Source of the DNA: Candidatus Obscuribacteraceae bacterium
Lineage (GTDB): Bacteria > Cyanobacteriota > Vampirovibrionia > Obscuribacterales > Obscuribacteraceae
Length of the DNA: 64,000 nt
Assembly (NCBI GenBank): GCA_044226015.1
Contig: JBGAHS010000004.1
Coordinates: 288,001 to 352,000 of the forward strand
Reading direction: 5' to 3'
Part shown: in pieces, positions 8,752 to 19,363 of the stretch
Layout: every line of letters begins with the position of its first letter
Numbering within the stretch: position 1 is the first letter of the stretch
Notes under the pieces: model-generated
The model's database searches: none
What the model was told of the DNA's origin: nothing
Seen by the model: only the letters and a program-made list of their open reading frames with translations
Position numbers and translations under genes: made by a program

Positions 8752-10206
8752 ATGTCGCGCGAACATAATCAACAAAACAGTGTTGGAACATCCGTTGAGG
8801 AGCGAGTTATTCAGGGGCAACCGCGGTCGAGTGGAACATTTTTCTGGCGCTCGCCAGTGGTCATCGGCAGCGTTGTAGCTCTTGTGGCTCTCGTAGGTGG
8901 ATTCTTCGCCTGGCAGCACATGCACGCAACGCCGAAGCAGACTAGCAAAGAAGACAGCACCGTTTCGCTCACTGTAAGCACATCGCAAGCGCGTCTCAAC
9001 GAGATAGATCGTCATCTCGAAGTTAATGGGTCAATATCTGCTTGGGACCCTCTCTCGATTGGTGCCGAAACTTCGGCTTTAAGAGTCGAGTCTGTTCTGG
9101 TTGAAGAAGGCGATCATGTTCGAAAGGGACAGATATTAGCAAGCTTGAACTCATCCGTTTTGCGGGCACAGCTGGAGCAATTGAAGGCCCACCTCAACGC
9201 TGACGAAGCTGCACTCAAGAAAGCCATACAGCCTAATCGTGTCGAAGACATCAACTCTATGCGGGCTGCGCTCTCTGCTTCGGAGGCAAATTTGGCGCAG
9301 GAAGAAGCGAATTTGATTCGTTTGAAAGCGAATGCTGCGAACTCGCAGGAAAATGCTCGTCGATACAACGAGCTTAGAAAAGTTGGTGCAGTAAGTCAGA
9401 TGGATGCTGATACCAAGAATACCGACGCCAAAACATCGACAGCAGATGTTTCTGCTGGAGAGAAACGTGTGGATGCGATGCGCTATGCGCTGCATCAGGC
9501 TAAAGAGAGACTTGCCATGGCTGAACGCGGCGGACGGCAGGAGGACATTCAAATCTCTCGTTCCAGTCTAGAAGAAACTCGAGCCAGGCTTTCTCAGCTA
9601 GAAGCGCAAATCGAGCAAACTATTATTCGAGCTCCTTCTGATGGCAAAATTGTCAAACGCGAGGTCCACCTTGGTGAAATAAGTAGTGTTGGAAAAACGA
9701 TGTTTCAGATGGTGCGCGATAGTCGATTTGAGATGCGCGCTCTAGTGCCTGAAGTTGATCTGGCGCGCATTCGTCCAGGCATGAAAGTCACGATGTCCAG
9801 CATGGGACAGAGCACGCCGGTAGTGGGTGTCATCCGCGAGGTGAGCCCGAGTGTTGATGAAAAAACGCGTTTGGGTATGGCAAGAATCGACCTGCCTGAG
9901 GCTGCAGCTAAAGAGATGAAGCCTGGCTTGTTCTATCACGGTGATATAGATTTGGGGCGTGACAAAGCTATTGTTGTGCCATCAAAGGCGGTGCTAAATC
10001 GCAATGAGAAAGATGTGGTTTTCGTTTGCGAAAACGATCAAGCACACTTGCGCGAAGTGAGCATTGGTGAACCTCTGCTGGATGGAACAATCGAAATCCG
10101 TTCGGGACTGAAGGTTGGTGAGCCCGTAATTGTAAGCGGCGCTGGCTTTATGAAAGACAATGATAAAGTTCGAGCAGTTCCGGAGGGTTCCGATTCTCGG
10201 AACTAA
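8752..10206 (+). CDS. RND efflux membrane fusion protein (periplasmic adaptor)
   Basis: TM anchor, VEEGDHVRKGQ lipoyl half, long coiled coil, IRAPSDG. Start moved to ATG 8752. Confidence 0.9.
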   Translation: MSREHNQQNSVGTSVEERVIQGQPRSSGTFFWRSPVVIGSVVALVALVGGFFAWQHMHATPKQTSKEDSTVSLTVSTSQARLNEIDRHLEVNGSISAWDPLSIGAETSALRVESVLVEEGDHVRKGQILASLNSSVLRAQLEQLKAHLNADEAALKKAIQPNRVEDINSMRAALSASEANLAQEEANLIRLKANAANSQENARRYNELRKVGAVSQMDADTKNTDAKTSTADVSAGEKRVDAMRYALHQAKERLAMAERGGRQEDIQISRSSLEETRARLSQLEAQIEQTIIRAPSDGKIVKREVHLGEISSVGKTMFQMVRDSRFEMRALVPEVDLARIRPGMKVTMSSMGQSTPVVGVIREVSPSVDEKTRLGMARIDLPEAAAKEMKPGLFYHGDIDLGRDKAIVVPSKAVLNRNEKDVVFVCENDQAHLREVSIGEPLLDGTIEIRSGLKVGEPVIVSGAGFMKDNDKVRAVPEGSDSRN

Positions 10207-10212
10207 CCTTCA

Positions 10213-13200
10213 ATGCAAATGAATCTCTCTTCCTGGTCTATTCGAAACATAGTACCGACCACTACTCTTTTTCTCATCTTGACAGTGGCTGGTGTGCTGG
10301 GTTTCACGCAATTGGGCATCGATGAAAATCCTAATATCGATGTTCCACTAGTGTCAGTTACCGTGACCCAAAAAGGTGCCTCACCTACTGAACTTGAAAC
10401 TCAGGTCACCAAGAAAGTCGAAGATGCAATCGCTGGTATAAGCAACATACGGCACATCAATTCAGTCGCTAGCGATAGTGTTTCAGTAACCAATATTGAG
10501 TTTGAGATTGGCACTAGCACCGACCGTGCAGTAAACGATGTACGTGATGCTGTTACTAAGATTCGTCAGCAGATGCCACAAGGCATTGAAGAGCCCATAG
10601 TTGCCAGAGTAGATTTTGTTGGCGGTCCCTTTGCCACATTTACTGTAGCTTCGAAAGAGCGAACTCCGGCCGAGTTGAGTTGGATTGTTGATAATGATAT
10701 TGGGCGTGTCCTTCGCACTGTGCCGGGAGTGGGGAAAATCGCCCGCTCTGGTGGCGCTGATCGCGAAGTAAGAGTGAATCTTGACCCTTACAAAATGCTT
10801 TCTCTGGGCGCAACTGCTGACATTGTCAATTCTCAGGTTCGTGCACTAAATATTGATTTGCCGGGTGGTCGAGGCACCGTTGGTGGTGCTGAGCAATCTG
10901 TTAGAACTCTGGGCAGCGCACCTACTGTCGCTAAACTTGCGGCAACTCAAATTGCTCTTCCAAACGGTACAACTGTCAGGCTAGACCAACTTGGAAAGGT
11001 TGTCGATGGAAGCTCAGAAGAGCGCAACCTTGCTTTCTTGAACGGCAAGCCCGTTGTCGCTTTCTGGGTCGTGCGCAGCAATGGCAGCAATCTCGTTGAT
11101 GTTGAAAAGAAAGTAGATACCAAAATTGATGAGCTGCGCAAGATTCTTCCGAAAGACATTCAGCTGACGAAAATAAGAACTACAGGCAGGTTCATTAGAG
11201 AGTCTTACTCAGCGTCTCTGGACTCATTAATCTTCGGGGCGCTTCTGTCACTCGTTGTTATCTGGATTTATGTTCGAGACAATCGTGCGACATTGATTTC
11301 AAGTCTGGCAATTCCGCTTTCGGTAATTCCGACCTTTGCTGTGATGAAGTGGGCGGGGTTCACCTTGAATGGTATGTCACTTCTTGGTCTGGCACTGGTG
11401 ATTGGAATTCTAGTGGACGACGCCATCGTTGAAATTGAAAACATTGTCAGACATTTGCACATGGGCAAAAAGCCCTTCGATGCAGCATGTGACGCTGCCG
11501 ACGAAATTGCTCTGGCCGTAATCGCAACGACAATGACCATCATAGTTGTGTTCGTTCCAGTAGCTTTTATGGGAGGTATTCCGGGGCAATTCTTCAAACA
11601 ATTTGGATTGACCGTCGCTGTCGCCGTTTTCTTTTCACTGATGGTTGCTAGAATGCTGACGCCGATGATGGCAGCTTATATGATGAAAGAATTGCCTGAA
11701 GAAGACCATGAAGACTGGATGGCTAAGGCATTCTCTCGTTCACTTGAATGGGCATTAAAGCATCGTCTTACTTCAGTTGGCGTGGCATTTTTGATCTTTG
11801 TTGGCAGCATAGTCATGTTCAAAACTATGCCGACTTCTCTTATCTCAAATATCGATAGAAGCGAATCTGTAATGGATATTTCACTTCCACCGGGTGTTTC
11901 CGTGAACGATGTCAGATCTGTAGCAGAAAAGGCTTCAGCGATTTTCATGGCACACTCTGAAGTAGATTCAATATTCATTACCGATAGTGGCGATTCTCAG
12001 ATCAACAAAGGCACAATGTTTGTCGAGCTTGTTCCAAAAGACAAGCGGAAGATCGGGCAGCAGAAATTTGAAGACACAATCCGTAAGGAACTTGACGCTA
12101 TACCTGGAGTGCGCTTTGGATTTTATCGCTCAATTGGCGGTGGAACCAAACCCTTGCAGATTGCGCTCACCTCGGAAGACCCTGACGAACTTGCGAAATA
12201 TTCGGAACGACTACTTAACGAGATGCGTTCTATTCCAGGACTCTATGATTGCAATTCGAGTGCAGCGGTTTTGCGGCCTGAAATTGAAGTTAAGCCTGAT
12301 TTTGCCAGAGCTGCAGAGCAAGGCGTCTCGGTTTCAGCTATCGCTCGCACCGCGTTGATCGCAACGTTGGGCGATACAGATTACAACATGGCGAAATTCA
12401 ATTTGAAAGATCGTCAAATCAATATTCGCGTTCAGTTAGACCCGCAATATCGCAAAGATATTCAGGTACTTGCAGGGTTGCAGGTGCAGGGTTCGGAAGG
12501 GCGGCTAGTGCCACTGCGTTCGGTGGCTGAGATTAAGTTCGGCAGCGGTCCAGCTGAGATTACCAGGTTTGATCGCGCTCGCCAAATCACTGTTGATGCC
12601 GGTTTGAATGCCGACACTACTCTGGGCGAAGCGATGAAAGCTGTGCATGAGTTGAAAGCCTACAAAGAAATGCCTGCTTCGATTAGAGAGCAACCAATGG
12701 GTGACAGTGAAATTCAGAGAGATGTTTTTACCGGTTTTGGAACAGCCATAGGCTATGCAATCTTATTGATTTACGCTGTTCTTGTACTTCTGTTCGGTGG
12801 TTTCCTGCATCCAATTACAATCATGGTATCACTGCCGCTGTCGCTATGCGGTGCATTGCTTGGTTTATGGATGACCAATAATTCCCTGGGCATGTATGGA
12901 CTCATCGGCATTGTCATGCTTATGGGATTGGTCACCAAGAATGCAATTCTGCTCGTAGAATATTGTTTGAAAGCTATGAGAGCAGGCATGACTCGTGAAG
13001 AGGCAATCAGAGCTGCTGAATCCATAAGGATGCGACCAATTGTTATGACTACAATTGCGATGATTGCAGGCATGCTACCTATTGCGATGAAATGGGGCGC
13101 TGGTTCTGAAGCCAGGGCACCAATGGCAATCGCCGTCATAGGCGGACTCATCACATCAACAATTCTGACATTGGTAATTGTTCCAGTAGTCTTCACCTAC

Positions 13201-13311
13201 ATAGATGATTTCCAAAACTGGTTACTTAATTTGTTCAAGAAGAAGAATTCTCAGGAAAGCAGTGCCTCCTCGGAAGAGGCTCAATCAAAGCCCGCGAGCA
13301 CAAGGCGCTAG
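10213..13311 (+). CDS. RND efflux permease (AcrB/AcrD/AcrF family)
   Basis: 1032 aa; GILVDDAIVEIEN, GLVTKNAILLVE and RMRPIVMTT motifs. Confidence 0.95.
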   Translation: MQMNLSSWSIRNIVPTTTLFLILTVAGVLGFTQLGIDENPNIDVPLVSVTVTQKGASPTELETQVTKKVEDAIAGISNIRHINSVASDSVSVTNIEFEIGTSTDRAVNDVRDAVTKIRQQMPQGIEEPIVARVDFVGGPFATFTVASKERTPAELSWIVDNDIGRVLRTVPGVGKIARSGGADREVRVNLDPYKMLSLGATADIVNSQVRALNIDLPGGRGTVGGAEQSVRTLGSAPTVAKLAATQIALPNGTTVRLDQLGKVVDGSSEERNLAFLNGKPVVAFWVVRSNGSNLVDVEKKVDTKIDELRKILPKDIQLTKIRTTGRFIRESYSASLDSLIFGALLSLVVIWIYVRDNRATLISSLAIPLSVIPTFAVMKWAGFTLNGMSLLGLALVIGILVDDAIVEIENIVRHLHMGKKPFDAACDAADEIALAVIATTMTIIVVFVPVAFMGGIPGQFFKQFGLTVAVAVFFSLMVARMLTPMMAAYMMKELPEEDHEDWMAKAFSRSLEWALKHRLTSVGVAFLIFVGSIVMFKTMPTSLISNIDRSESVMDISLPPGVSVNDVRSVAEKASAIFMAHSEVDSIFITDSGDSQINKGTMFVELVPKDKRKIGQQKFEDTIRKELDAIPGVRFGFYRSIGGGTKPLQIALTSEDPDELAKYSERLLNEMRSIPGLYDCNSSAAVLRPEIEVKPDFARAAEQGVSVSAIARTALIATLGDTDYNMAKFNLKDRQINIRVQLDPQYRKDIQVLAGLQVQGSEGRLVPLRSVAEIKFGSGPAEITRFDRARQITVDAGLNADTTLGEAMKAVHELKAYKEMPASIREQPMGDSEIQRDVFTGFGTAIGYAILLIYAVLVLLFGGFLHPITIMVSLPLSLCGALLGLWMTNNSLGMYGLIGIVMLMGLVTKNAILLVEYCLKAMRAGMTREEAIRAAESIRMRPIVMTTIAMIAGMLPIAMKWGAGSEARAPMAIAVIGGLITSTILTLVIVPVVFTYIDDFQNWLLNLFKKKNSQESSASSEEAQSKPASTRR

Positions 13312-13312
13312 T

Positions 13313-13813
13313 ATGATTCTCGTTGTTATGGGAGTTTCAGGCTCTGGAAAATCAACGATTGCAAAAACTCTCGCTCGTAAACTGAAGCTGAAGTATGCCG
13401 ACGCTGACTCCTTTCACAGTGAAGCAAATATTCAAAAAATGAGCAGTGGTTTGCCCCTTACCGATCAAGATAGAGAGCCCTGGTTGGGCTCTATTGCAAC
13501 AGCTATGAAAAGTTGGATTGCCGCCGACGAAGGTGTTGCGCTAGCTTGTTCTGCGCTAAAAAAGCAATACCGTGAAATCCTTATGGTCGACAAAGCTAAT
13601 GTAAGGTTCATTTATCTGCGAGGAAGCTTTGAGCTATTCGAAAGCCGCATGGCAAAAAGAACAAAGCATTTCATGAAGTCTCAGATGTTGAAGAGTCAAT
13701 TTGAGGCACTTGAAGAACCCGACGACAGCGAAGCCATCATATGTGATGCGCGTAAACCCGTCTCTGAAATTGTTAGCTCTGTGATTTCACGTTTGCGTGG
13801 TCGCACTCCCTGA
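13313..13813 (+). CDS. gntK: Gluconokinase
   Basis: MGVSGSGKST, DADSFH, PLTDQDREPW, ACSALK and SQFEALEEP. Start moved to ATG 13313. Confidence 0.9.
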   Translation: MILVVMGVSGSGKSTIAKTLARKLKLKYADADSFHSEANIQKMSSGLPLTDQDREPWLGSIATAMKSWIAADEGVALACSALKKQYREILMVDKANVRFIYLRGSFELFESRMAKRTKHFMKSQMLKSQFEALEEPDDSEAIICDARKPVSEIVSSVISRLRGRTP

Positions 13814-13900
13814 TGGAATGCACTTCTTCATTACCTGTTCTTCAGGAGAATGTTTTCATGCTCTGCTAAAGTCACTTGTGAAATCCACGTTTAAGCAGGC

Positions 13901-14926
13901 TTGCAAAGGTGTATCTTGAACAAAATTCGTCGCTCCGCTTGTTTCACACTCTTTTTCACACTCATCTCGGTTGCAGGTGCTGCATCTGCGAGCGCGGAGT
14001 CGAACACCGGACTGTCGCCCACTGAGATCAAAGAGATAAAGAAGGTCACTAAGAGCGAGCAAACTATGGCGGGAAGTTATCTAGTTCTTGCTGCTCTGGC
14101 TGAATCAAAAGGTCAGTGGAAGAAAGCGCGTTCGTACTACGAAAAGATTCTCGAAATTTACAAAACGGACCCCGGAATTGGCACTCGCTCTGCCCGTTAT
14201 GCGTACTATTTGTCAAAATCAGCAAGCTGTGACAAGCGAGTCGGTGATAAGGACGCAGCGCAAAAAAAAGTGCAAGAATCCCTTTCAATCGTCAACGGCA
14301 AAGACTTTTCTAGCAATACAAAAGAGCACAACTACGAGTTGATGACTCGAGATACTTGCGCGCTTGTAATTGGCAAGGCTCCAGAGAAAAAGCCCGCACA
14401 GAAGCCGCTTCCTGAATTAACAACGATTGCTGCTTCTGATATCAAAGACCTTGCTGAGCGCGAGCGTCAGGTAAAAGAATACATGGCTACAGAAAAGAAC
14501 AAGAACAGTCCAGAGCAAATGAACAGGCGTATTTATCTGGCCAACGTTTACACGCTCGAAAAAAAATACGATCTTGCTGACGCTCAGTTCAAGCAGATAT
14601 TGCGTGATATTGAAACAAAGCAAGGAAAGCATAGCCCCCAATTGTTGACCCCCTTGAGCAATTATGGATTTTTGCTGAAGCAACAAGGAAAGCAAAAAGA
14701 AGCGGATGCAATTCTAAATCGAATGCAGCTTCTAATAGGTGTTCGTCAGGAGCCAAAGCCGAAGTCAATTGTTTTACACATCAGCAAAAAACATGGCGTA
14801 AAGAATGATAAAGCTCCTGCTGCTGTGAAAAAAGACACTGGAGCGAAGGCGCAAAGTTCTGCGCCAGGCAAAACAACTGGCGCTGTTCCTGCAAAAGCTC
14901 CGGCAGGAGCAAATTCCGGGCATTAG
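13901..14926 (+). CDS. Secreted TPR-like protein with Lys/Ala/Pro-rich tail
   Basis: Signal peptide (AGAASASA), helical repeats, low-complexity C-terminus. Confidence 0.7.
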   Translation: MQRCILNKIRRSACFTLFFTLISVAGAASASAESNTGLSPTEIKEIKKVTKSEQTMAGSYLVLAALAESKGQWKKARSYYEKILEIYKTDPGIGTRSARYAYYLSKSASCDKRVGDKDAAQKKVQESLSIVNGKDFSSNTKEHNYELMTRDTCALVIGKAPEKKPAQKPLPELTTIAASDIKDLAERERQVKEYMATEKNKNSPEQMNRRIYLANVYTLEKKYDLADAQFKQILRDIETKQGKHSPQLLTPLSNYGFLLKQQGKQKEADAILNRMQLLIGVRQEPKPKSIVLHISKKHGVKNDKAPAAVKKDTGAKAQSSAPGKTTGAVPAKAPAGANSGH

Positions 14927-14997
14927 AAATTAGAATACTTAAATGTTGTCAAGCGTTCGCCTCCGGGTAAGAAGCTGTGGGGTAATGGATTTTTCCG

Positions 14998-16473
14998 ATG
15001 GCTGAACTTGAACTTGCAGTAAAGTACGAAACGCTTCCAAATCGACTTGGCTTTTATTTGATGGCAGGGCTCTTTCCTATCTGGTCCCTGGTTATTCCTT
15101 TTCTTCTTGGGCTTGTAATTTCCTATTTGATTATCAATCCGGGGGCTATAGCAAACCCAAACGTCACGCTGGCTATTCTTTTAAGTCTCTCAGCCGTTCC
15201 GATACTCGGTGTCGCCCTTACAGCATTTTTTGAAGATAACCGCTTGTACGTCACAAAAAGCGGAGTCGCGTTTCCCATCTCCATGCTTCCTTTCATCGGA
15301 TTTCGTCGCAATAGAAGTTGGTCTGAGCTTGTGAGCGCGGGAGTGCGAAGAAACATATCGGTTCGCTCAGATAGTCCAGATGTGCTCTATCTGACATTCG
15401 ATAAAACGGTACCAGTGCAGTTCAAATTAAAGAATCTCGATAAAGTTCAGCTCGAACAAATGTTGCTAGCGATTGAACTTTGGAGCGGCAATAAGGTTCG
15501 TACTCCTGAGCTTGTTGATTACCAGAATCAGTTGCACAACGAAAATAAGGGACTCGGCAAGTTGAGCCAGGTGGAAATGTGGGAAGAGGAGTTGTCCCGC
15601 CGATTTAGCGCAACATCTTTCGTGCCGCTTGAGCCTGGGCGTCAGCTTGGCGGAGGAATGATTGAAATAGTTCGCCAGCTTGCTTTTGGTGGGCTGTCTG
15701 CCATCTACCTGGCTCAGCAAAATAACAAGAACCTTGTTGTTATAAAGGAAGCAGTTGTTCCTTCCAATGCTGATGCCGAGACCCGCAACAAGGCCGCTGA
15801 GCATTTCTTTCGTGAAGCGAAATTCTTGATGACTTTAGACCATCCCAACATCGCAAAAGTGCTTGGGCACTTCACTGAAGATGGTCGTGACTATCTTGTG
15901 ATGCAGTATATTCAAGGACAAGATTTACGCCAACTTGTGAAGCAAAATGGTGTTCAATCGGAGCTTGATGTCGTCTCCTGGTCCATTCAAATTGCAGAGA
16001 TTTTGAGTTATTTGCACACACAGGTGCCGCCTGTGATTCACAGAGACCTCACTCCCGATAATCTTGTTTATGTCAAAACAAATGGAGAGCTGTTCTTGAT
16101 TGACTTCGGTGCGGCGAATCAATTTGTTGGAACTGCGACAGGCACACTGGTAGGAAAACAATCTTACATCGCGCCAGAACAGCTGCGTGGAAAAGCTGTC
16201 ACCGCCAGTGATATCTATTCTTTTGGTGGTACCATGCATTACCTTCTCACCGGGCAAGATCCCATGCCTCTGTCTGCTTCCCACCCACTTGAGATTAAGT
16301 CAGATATCAATCCTGACTTAGACACCATAATTTCTGAGTTGACTGCCTTCAATTTAGATGATCGCCTGACTGATCTCAATCAGATCATCACGAGACTTAA
16401 GGCATTGAAAGTTAGCTTGAGGTCCGAAAAAGGCGCTGATGCTGGTCCTGCAAGCATCGCTGGAGGGCACTGA
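14998..16473 (+). CDS. Membrane-anchored Hanks-type Ser/Thr protein kinase (atypical motifs)
   Basis: Two N-terminal TMs; FGGLSAIY, VVIKE, HRDLTPDN, DFG, APEQ and DIYSFG. Confidence 0.9.
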   Translation: MAELELAVKYETLPNRLGFYLMAGLFPIWSLVIPFLLGLVISYLIINPGAIANPNVTLAILLSLSAVPILGVALTAFFEDNRLYVTKSGVAFPISMLPFIGFRRNRSWSELVSAGVRRNISVRSDSPDVLYLTFDKTVPVQFKLKNLDKVQLEQMLLAIELWSGNKVRTPELVDYQNQLHNENKGLGKLSQVEMWEEELSRRFSATSFVPLEPGRQLGGGMIEIVRQLAFGGLSAIYLAQQNNKNLVVIKEAVVPSNADAETRNKAAEHFFREAKFLMTLDHPNIAKVLGHFTEDGRDYLVMQYIQGQDLRQLVKQNGVQSELDVVSWSIQIAEILSYLHTQVPPVIHRDLTPDNLVYVKTNGELFLIDFGAANQFVGTATGTLVGKQSYIAPEQLRGKAVTASDIYSFGGTMHYLLTGQDPMPLSASHPLEIKSDINPDLDTIISELTAFNLDDRLTDLNQIITRLKALKVSLRSEKGADAGPASIAGGH

Positions 16474-18002
16474 TGAGTCTGACGAATTTACCAGCAGCAA
16501 AAACAAGCGAAGGGCAGGAACGAAAGCTTCCGGCAAAGGTGCCATCTGAAATATTTATTCGTTATCGTCCCCTTATTGCGTTCGAAAAATGGCTATCTCA
16601 AAGAGTTGATGATCGCAGCGATCGCAAAACTGCTTACGTTGTGTTGGTTGCAATCGGATTCATGTTCTTCGTGGTTCCGGTTATTGTATTCGCTTTGAGA
16701 ATTTTGATTGTATGGCTTAACGTTCAATTCGGGTCGGGGGAAGGTGCCGCTACTGCCGCTGCCGCCAATGGTGCGTTGCTGTGGAATTCCTTTTTAACAG
16801 TACTTGGACTGGCTGGAATTGGCACCATCGGTTACTCCAGTCTACCCACGCACCTCTCGCTCACTAAAGATGGACTGAAATTACTCTGGCGCAATCGCTT
16901 TGTTAAAGCTGATGGAAAGTTGATTCCCTGGAAAACAATTAATCGGCTTGGGCTCGACCTTCCAAAGGGTAAAACATCGCCACTTGATCATATCTTGCGT
17001 TTTAACTTTGGTTCAAATCAGACCTTGCGTTTGAGATTGGGCTGTATTCCAACTATGGAAGAACGAGCTAAATTACTAGACGGAATTGAAGCGTATGCTC
17101 CTGACCTAAACCGTGAAGCTGCTGCGGTGCAAGCACTTGAGCTGCCGCCTGATTACAGCTATACAGAATTATGGCTACAGGCTTTGTCCGGACCACCGAA
17201 GCGAGAACGATTGACTCCCCTCGAACACAAGGCGTCCTTACGTGACGGTCGATATCTTGTCGATGCTGCGCTAGGAGTAGGGGGGCAGGGCACGGCATAT
17301 TCGGCTTACGATTCACAGCTGGCCGAGGTTGTGGTGTTGAAGGAGTTTATTCTTCCTGTTTTTGTTGATGTGAATATTCGCCGTCAGAGTCTCGAAAGTT
17401 TTGAAAAAGAAGCCAGAATGCTTCGTCAGCTCGACCATGACAGAATAGTCAAATTGATTGATTTCTTTGTAGAAGACCATCGTGGTTATCTAGTGCTTGA
17501 ACATATTGATGGGAAAAGTTTGCGGGAGATGGTTCTTCAGTCAGGACCTTTCGAGGAGTCCAAGGTCAAGGAACTAGCTATTCAGATGTGTGAAATGCAG
17601 AAGTACTTACATGGGTTGACACCGCCTGTAGTGCACCGTGATTTCACGCCAGATAACTTGATTCTCCGCAAAGATGGAACGCTAAAACTAGTGGACTTTA
17701 ACGTAGCTCAACAGAAGGAAACCACTTCCACTGGCACTGTAGTTGGAAAACACGCTTATTTGCCTCCCGAGCAGTTCCGCGGTAAACCATCAACTCAAAG
17801 CGACATTTATTCAATGGGTGCCTCGTTGTTTTTTCTTCTCACTGCTGAAGAGCCCGAACCTATTAATGTGCAGCATCCACGCAGAATTAAAGACGAAGTT
17901 TCCGAGTCAATGGATCGTATTGTGGCGCGTGCAACAGAGATTGAATTGCGAAATAGATATGCGAGTGCGTCTGATTTAGAGCAAGATCTGATGAATCTTT
18001 AG
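16473..18002 (+). CDS. Membrane-anchored Hanks-type Ser/Thr protein kinase, paralog (atypical motifs)
   Basis: Two TMs; GVGGQG, VVLKE, HRDFTPDN, DFN and PPEQ. TGATG-coupled to the upstream kinase. Confidence 0.9.
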   Translation: MSLTNLPAAKTSEGQERKLPAKVPSEIFIRYRPLIAFEKWLSQRVDDRSDRKTAYVVLVAIGFMFFVVPVIVFALRILIVWLNVQFGSGEGAATAAAANGALLWNSFLTVLGLAGIGTIGYSSLPTHLSLTKDGLKLLWRNRFVKADGKLIPWKTINRLGLDLPKGKTSPLDHILRFNFGSNQTLRLRLGCIPTMEERAKLLDGIEAYAPDLNREAAAVQALELPPDYSYTELWLQALSGPPKRERLTPLEHKASLRDGRYLVDAALGVGGQGTAYSAYDSQLAEVVVLKEFILPVFVDVNIRRQSLESFEKEARMLRQLDHDRIVKLIDFFVEDHRGYLVLEHIDGKSLREMVLQSGPFEESKVKELAIQMCEMQKYLHGLTPPVVHRDFTPDNLILRKDGTLKLVDFNVAQQKETTSTGTVVGKHAYLPPEQFRGKPSTQSDIYSMGASLFFLLTAEEPEPINVQHPRRIKDEVSESMDRIVARATEIELRNRYASASDLEQDLMNL

Positions 18003-18039
18003 CGTGCCGCATTTTTTTTAGATTGATTTGTGCTGATTT

Positions 18040-18200
18040 GTGCCTGCGATACCTGTATGGCTTTCATGCTGCTTACATGCGAGTGTGTATTTTCTGCTGC
18101 TTGAGTGCGAGTATTCGCTTTCGAGAGTTTGCATGCGAGTGCGTACTTGCTGGTGCTAGAGTGCGAGTATTCGCTAGCGAGGTTTAGTTGTGAGTGCTTA
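18040..18200. repeat. Degenerate low-complexity tract of TGCGAGT-like units
   Basis: TGCGAGTG/GAGTGCGAGTATTCGCT recurs between convergent genes. Confidence 0.55.
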
Positions 18201-18506
18201 CTTGCTGGATATAGCGACAAGTGTTCTGATCTCCATCAAGCGATTTTGAAAAGCGCTACCTTTCATGTCTCGGGCAGAGACTGGCTTCTCAAGCCGTTCT
18301 TTAATGTATTCGGCGATTATGGCATCGTTCAATAACGCTGCAAATGACTGAAGATAATTTACCGGGGCTGATGTTCGAAGCGTTAACTTAGCCTGATTTT
18401 GTGAGCCTCTTCTATTTGCGAGAATTTTTGTTAGTGTTCCTGTTGCTGCCGATGCCGTCGATGCGCCTGCGCTATTTCTTTTCAGATAATCAAGTTCTGT
18501 ATTCAT
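18198..18506 (-). CDS. Small hypothetical protein
   Basis: ATG at 18506 preceded by GGGAG; about 102 aa; no recognised domain. Confidence 0.5.
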   Translation of the reverse strand: MNTELDYLKRNSAGASTASAATGTLTKILANRRGSQNQAKLTLRTSAPVNYLQSFAALLNDAIIAEYIKERLEKPVSARDMKGSAFQNRLMEIRTLVAISSK

Positions 18507-18785
18507 AGTAAAAACTCCCGCAAGCTCAACCTGCCTTGAGACTATTACCGACTGCGTGAAAACACAGTGAAAAATGCATTCGAATGCATTAAGTTTCCAA
18601 ATTTGAAATTTCACTTGACAATAATTTTGGCTCGGTACATTCTGGATTCACGAAGAACTTCAACTTCGTGTCCAACACCTTACTAATGAATCCAGCCATA
18701 CGTGTCAGAAAGGCACCAACTCAAGCATGGGTCCGTTTCGACTCGACTCGTGCTTGCCTTGCAGCCTTCTGGGGGAGAGCCGCTC

Positions 18786-19115
18786 ATGGATAATTCCGTT
18801 AATTACGCTCAAGACCGTTCCGCGCAATACCGCCATCATGTTCCGGTGGACATCGGACCGCCCATAGGGCTGACTGCGCAGGAATATATGAACAATGAGA
18901 GGTCTAAACAAGCAGCCAAGCTGCGTGATTGGTACAGCGATGCGAAAGATGGGCGGCAGACTGTCGACCCGGTTGCGTTGCGGGCAAACTTCAACACTTC
19001 CCGCCGTTTCGTGACACCAAATCCGGTTCAGGAGCTAGACCATCACAAAAAATTCGTGCTTTTAGGTGTCGCTGTGGTAGCCGCAGTCGGCAGTTTCCTC
19101 TATTTCATTCACTAA
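18786..19115 (+). CDS. Small hypothetical protein with a C-terminal transmembrane anchor
   Basis: GGGGAG RBS before ATG 18786; ends in a hydrophobic helix (FVLLGVAVVAAVGSFLYF). Confidence 0.65.
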   Translation: MDNSVNYAQDRSAQYRHHVPVDIGPPIGLTAQEYMNNERSKQAAKLRDWYSDAKDGRQTVDPVALRANFNTSRRFVTPNPVQELDHHKKFVLLGVAVVAAVGSFLYFIH

Positions 19116-19363
19116 TTGCTGAGAACGCTCCTAATTTTTTGACCGGAAACGTTAAATCCTTGTTTTCATGTTTCCGGTCTGACTTTTGGGACACATCGCT
19201 GCTACATTTAATCTGCAAGAGAAATGGCTGAAACCTGATAAACCCGATATATGAACCATTTCGAGATTATCTCGAATTCTTTTCCTGATCTAGCTTTTCA
19301 TGCATTTTTCATATATCTTGAATACTATTAGAACTGTTAAATGAAATTGGGGGTCTTCCTGCC

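Noticed and set aside
8752..13311. RND pump as dedicated exporter for the biosynthetic cluster
   Set aside because: It is separated by unrelated genes and coupled to gluconokinase; proximity alone is insufficient.
18615..18641. Sigma70 promoter TTGACA...TACATT
   Set aside because: The spacer is only 15 bp, so it is not called as a feature.
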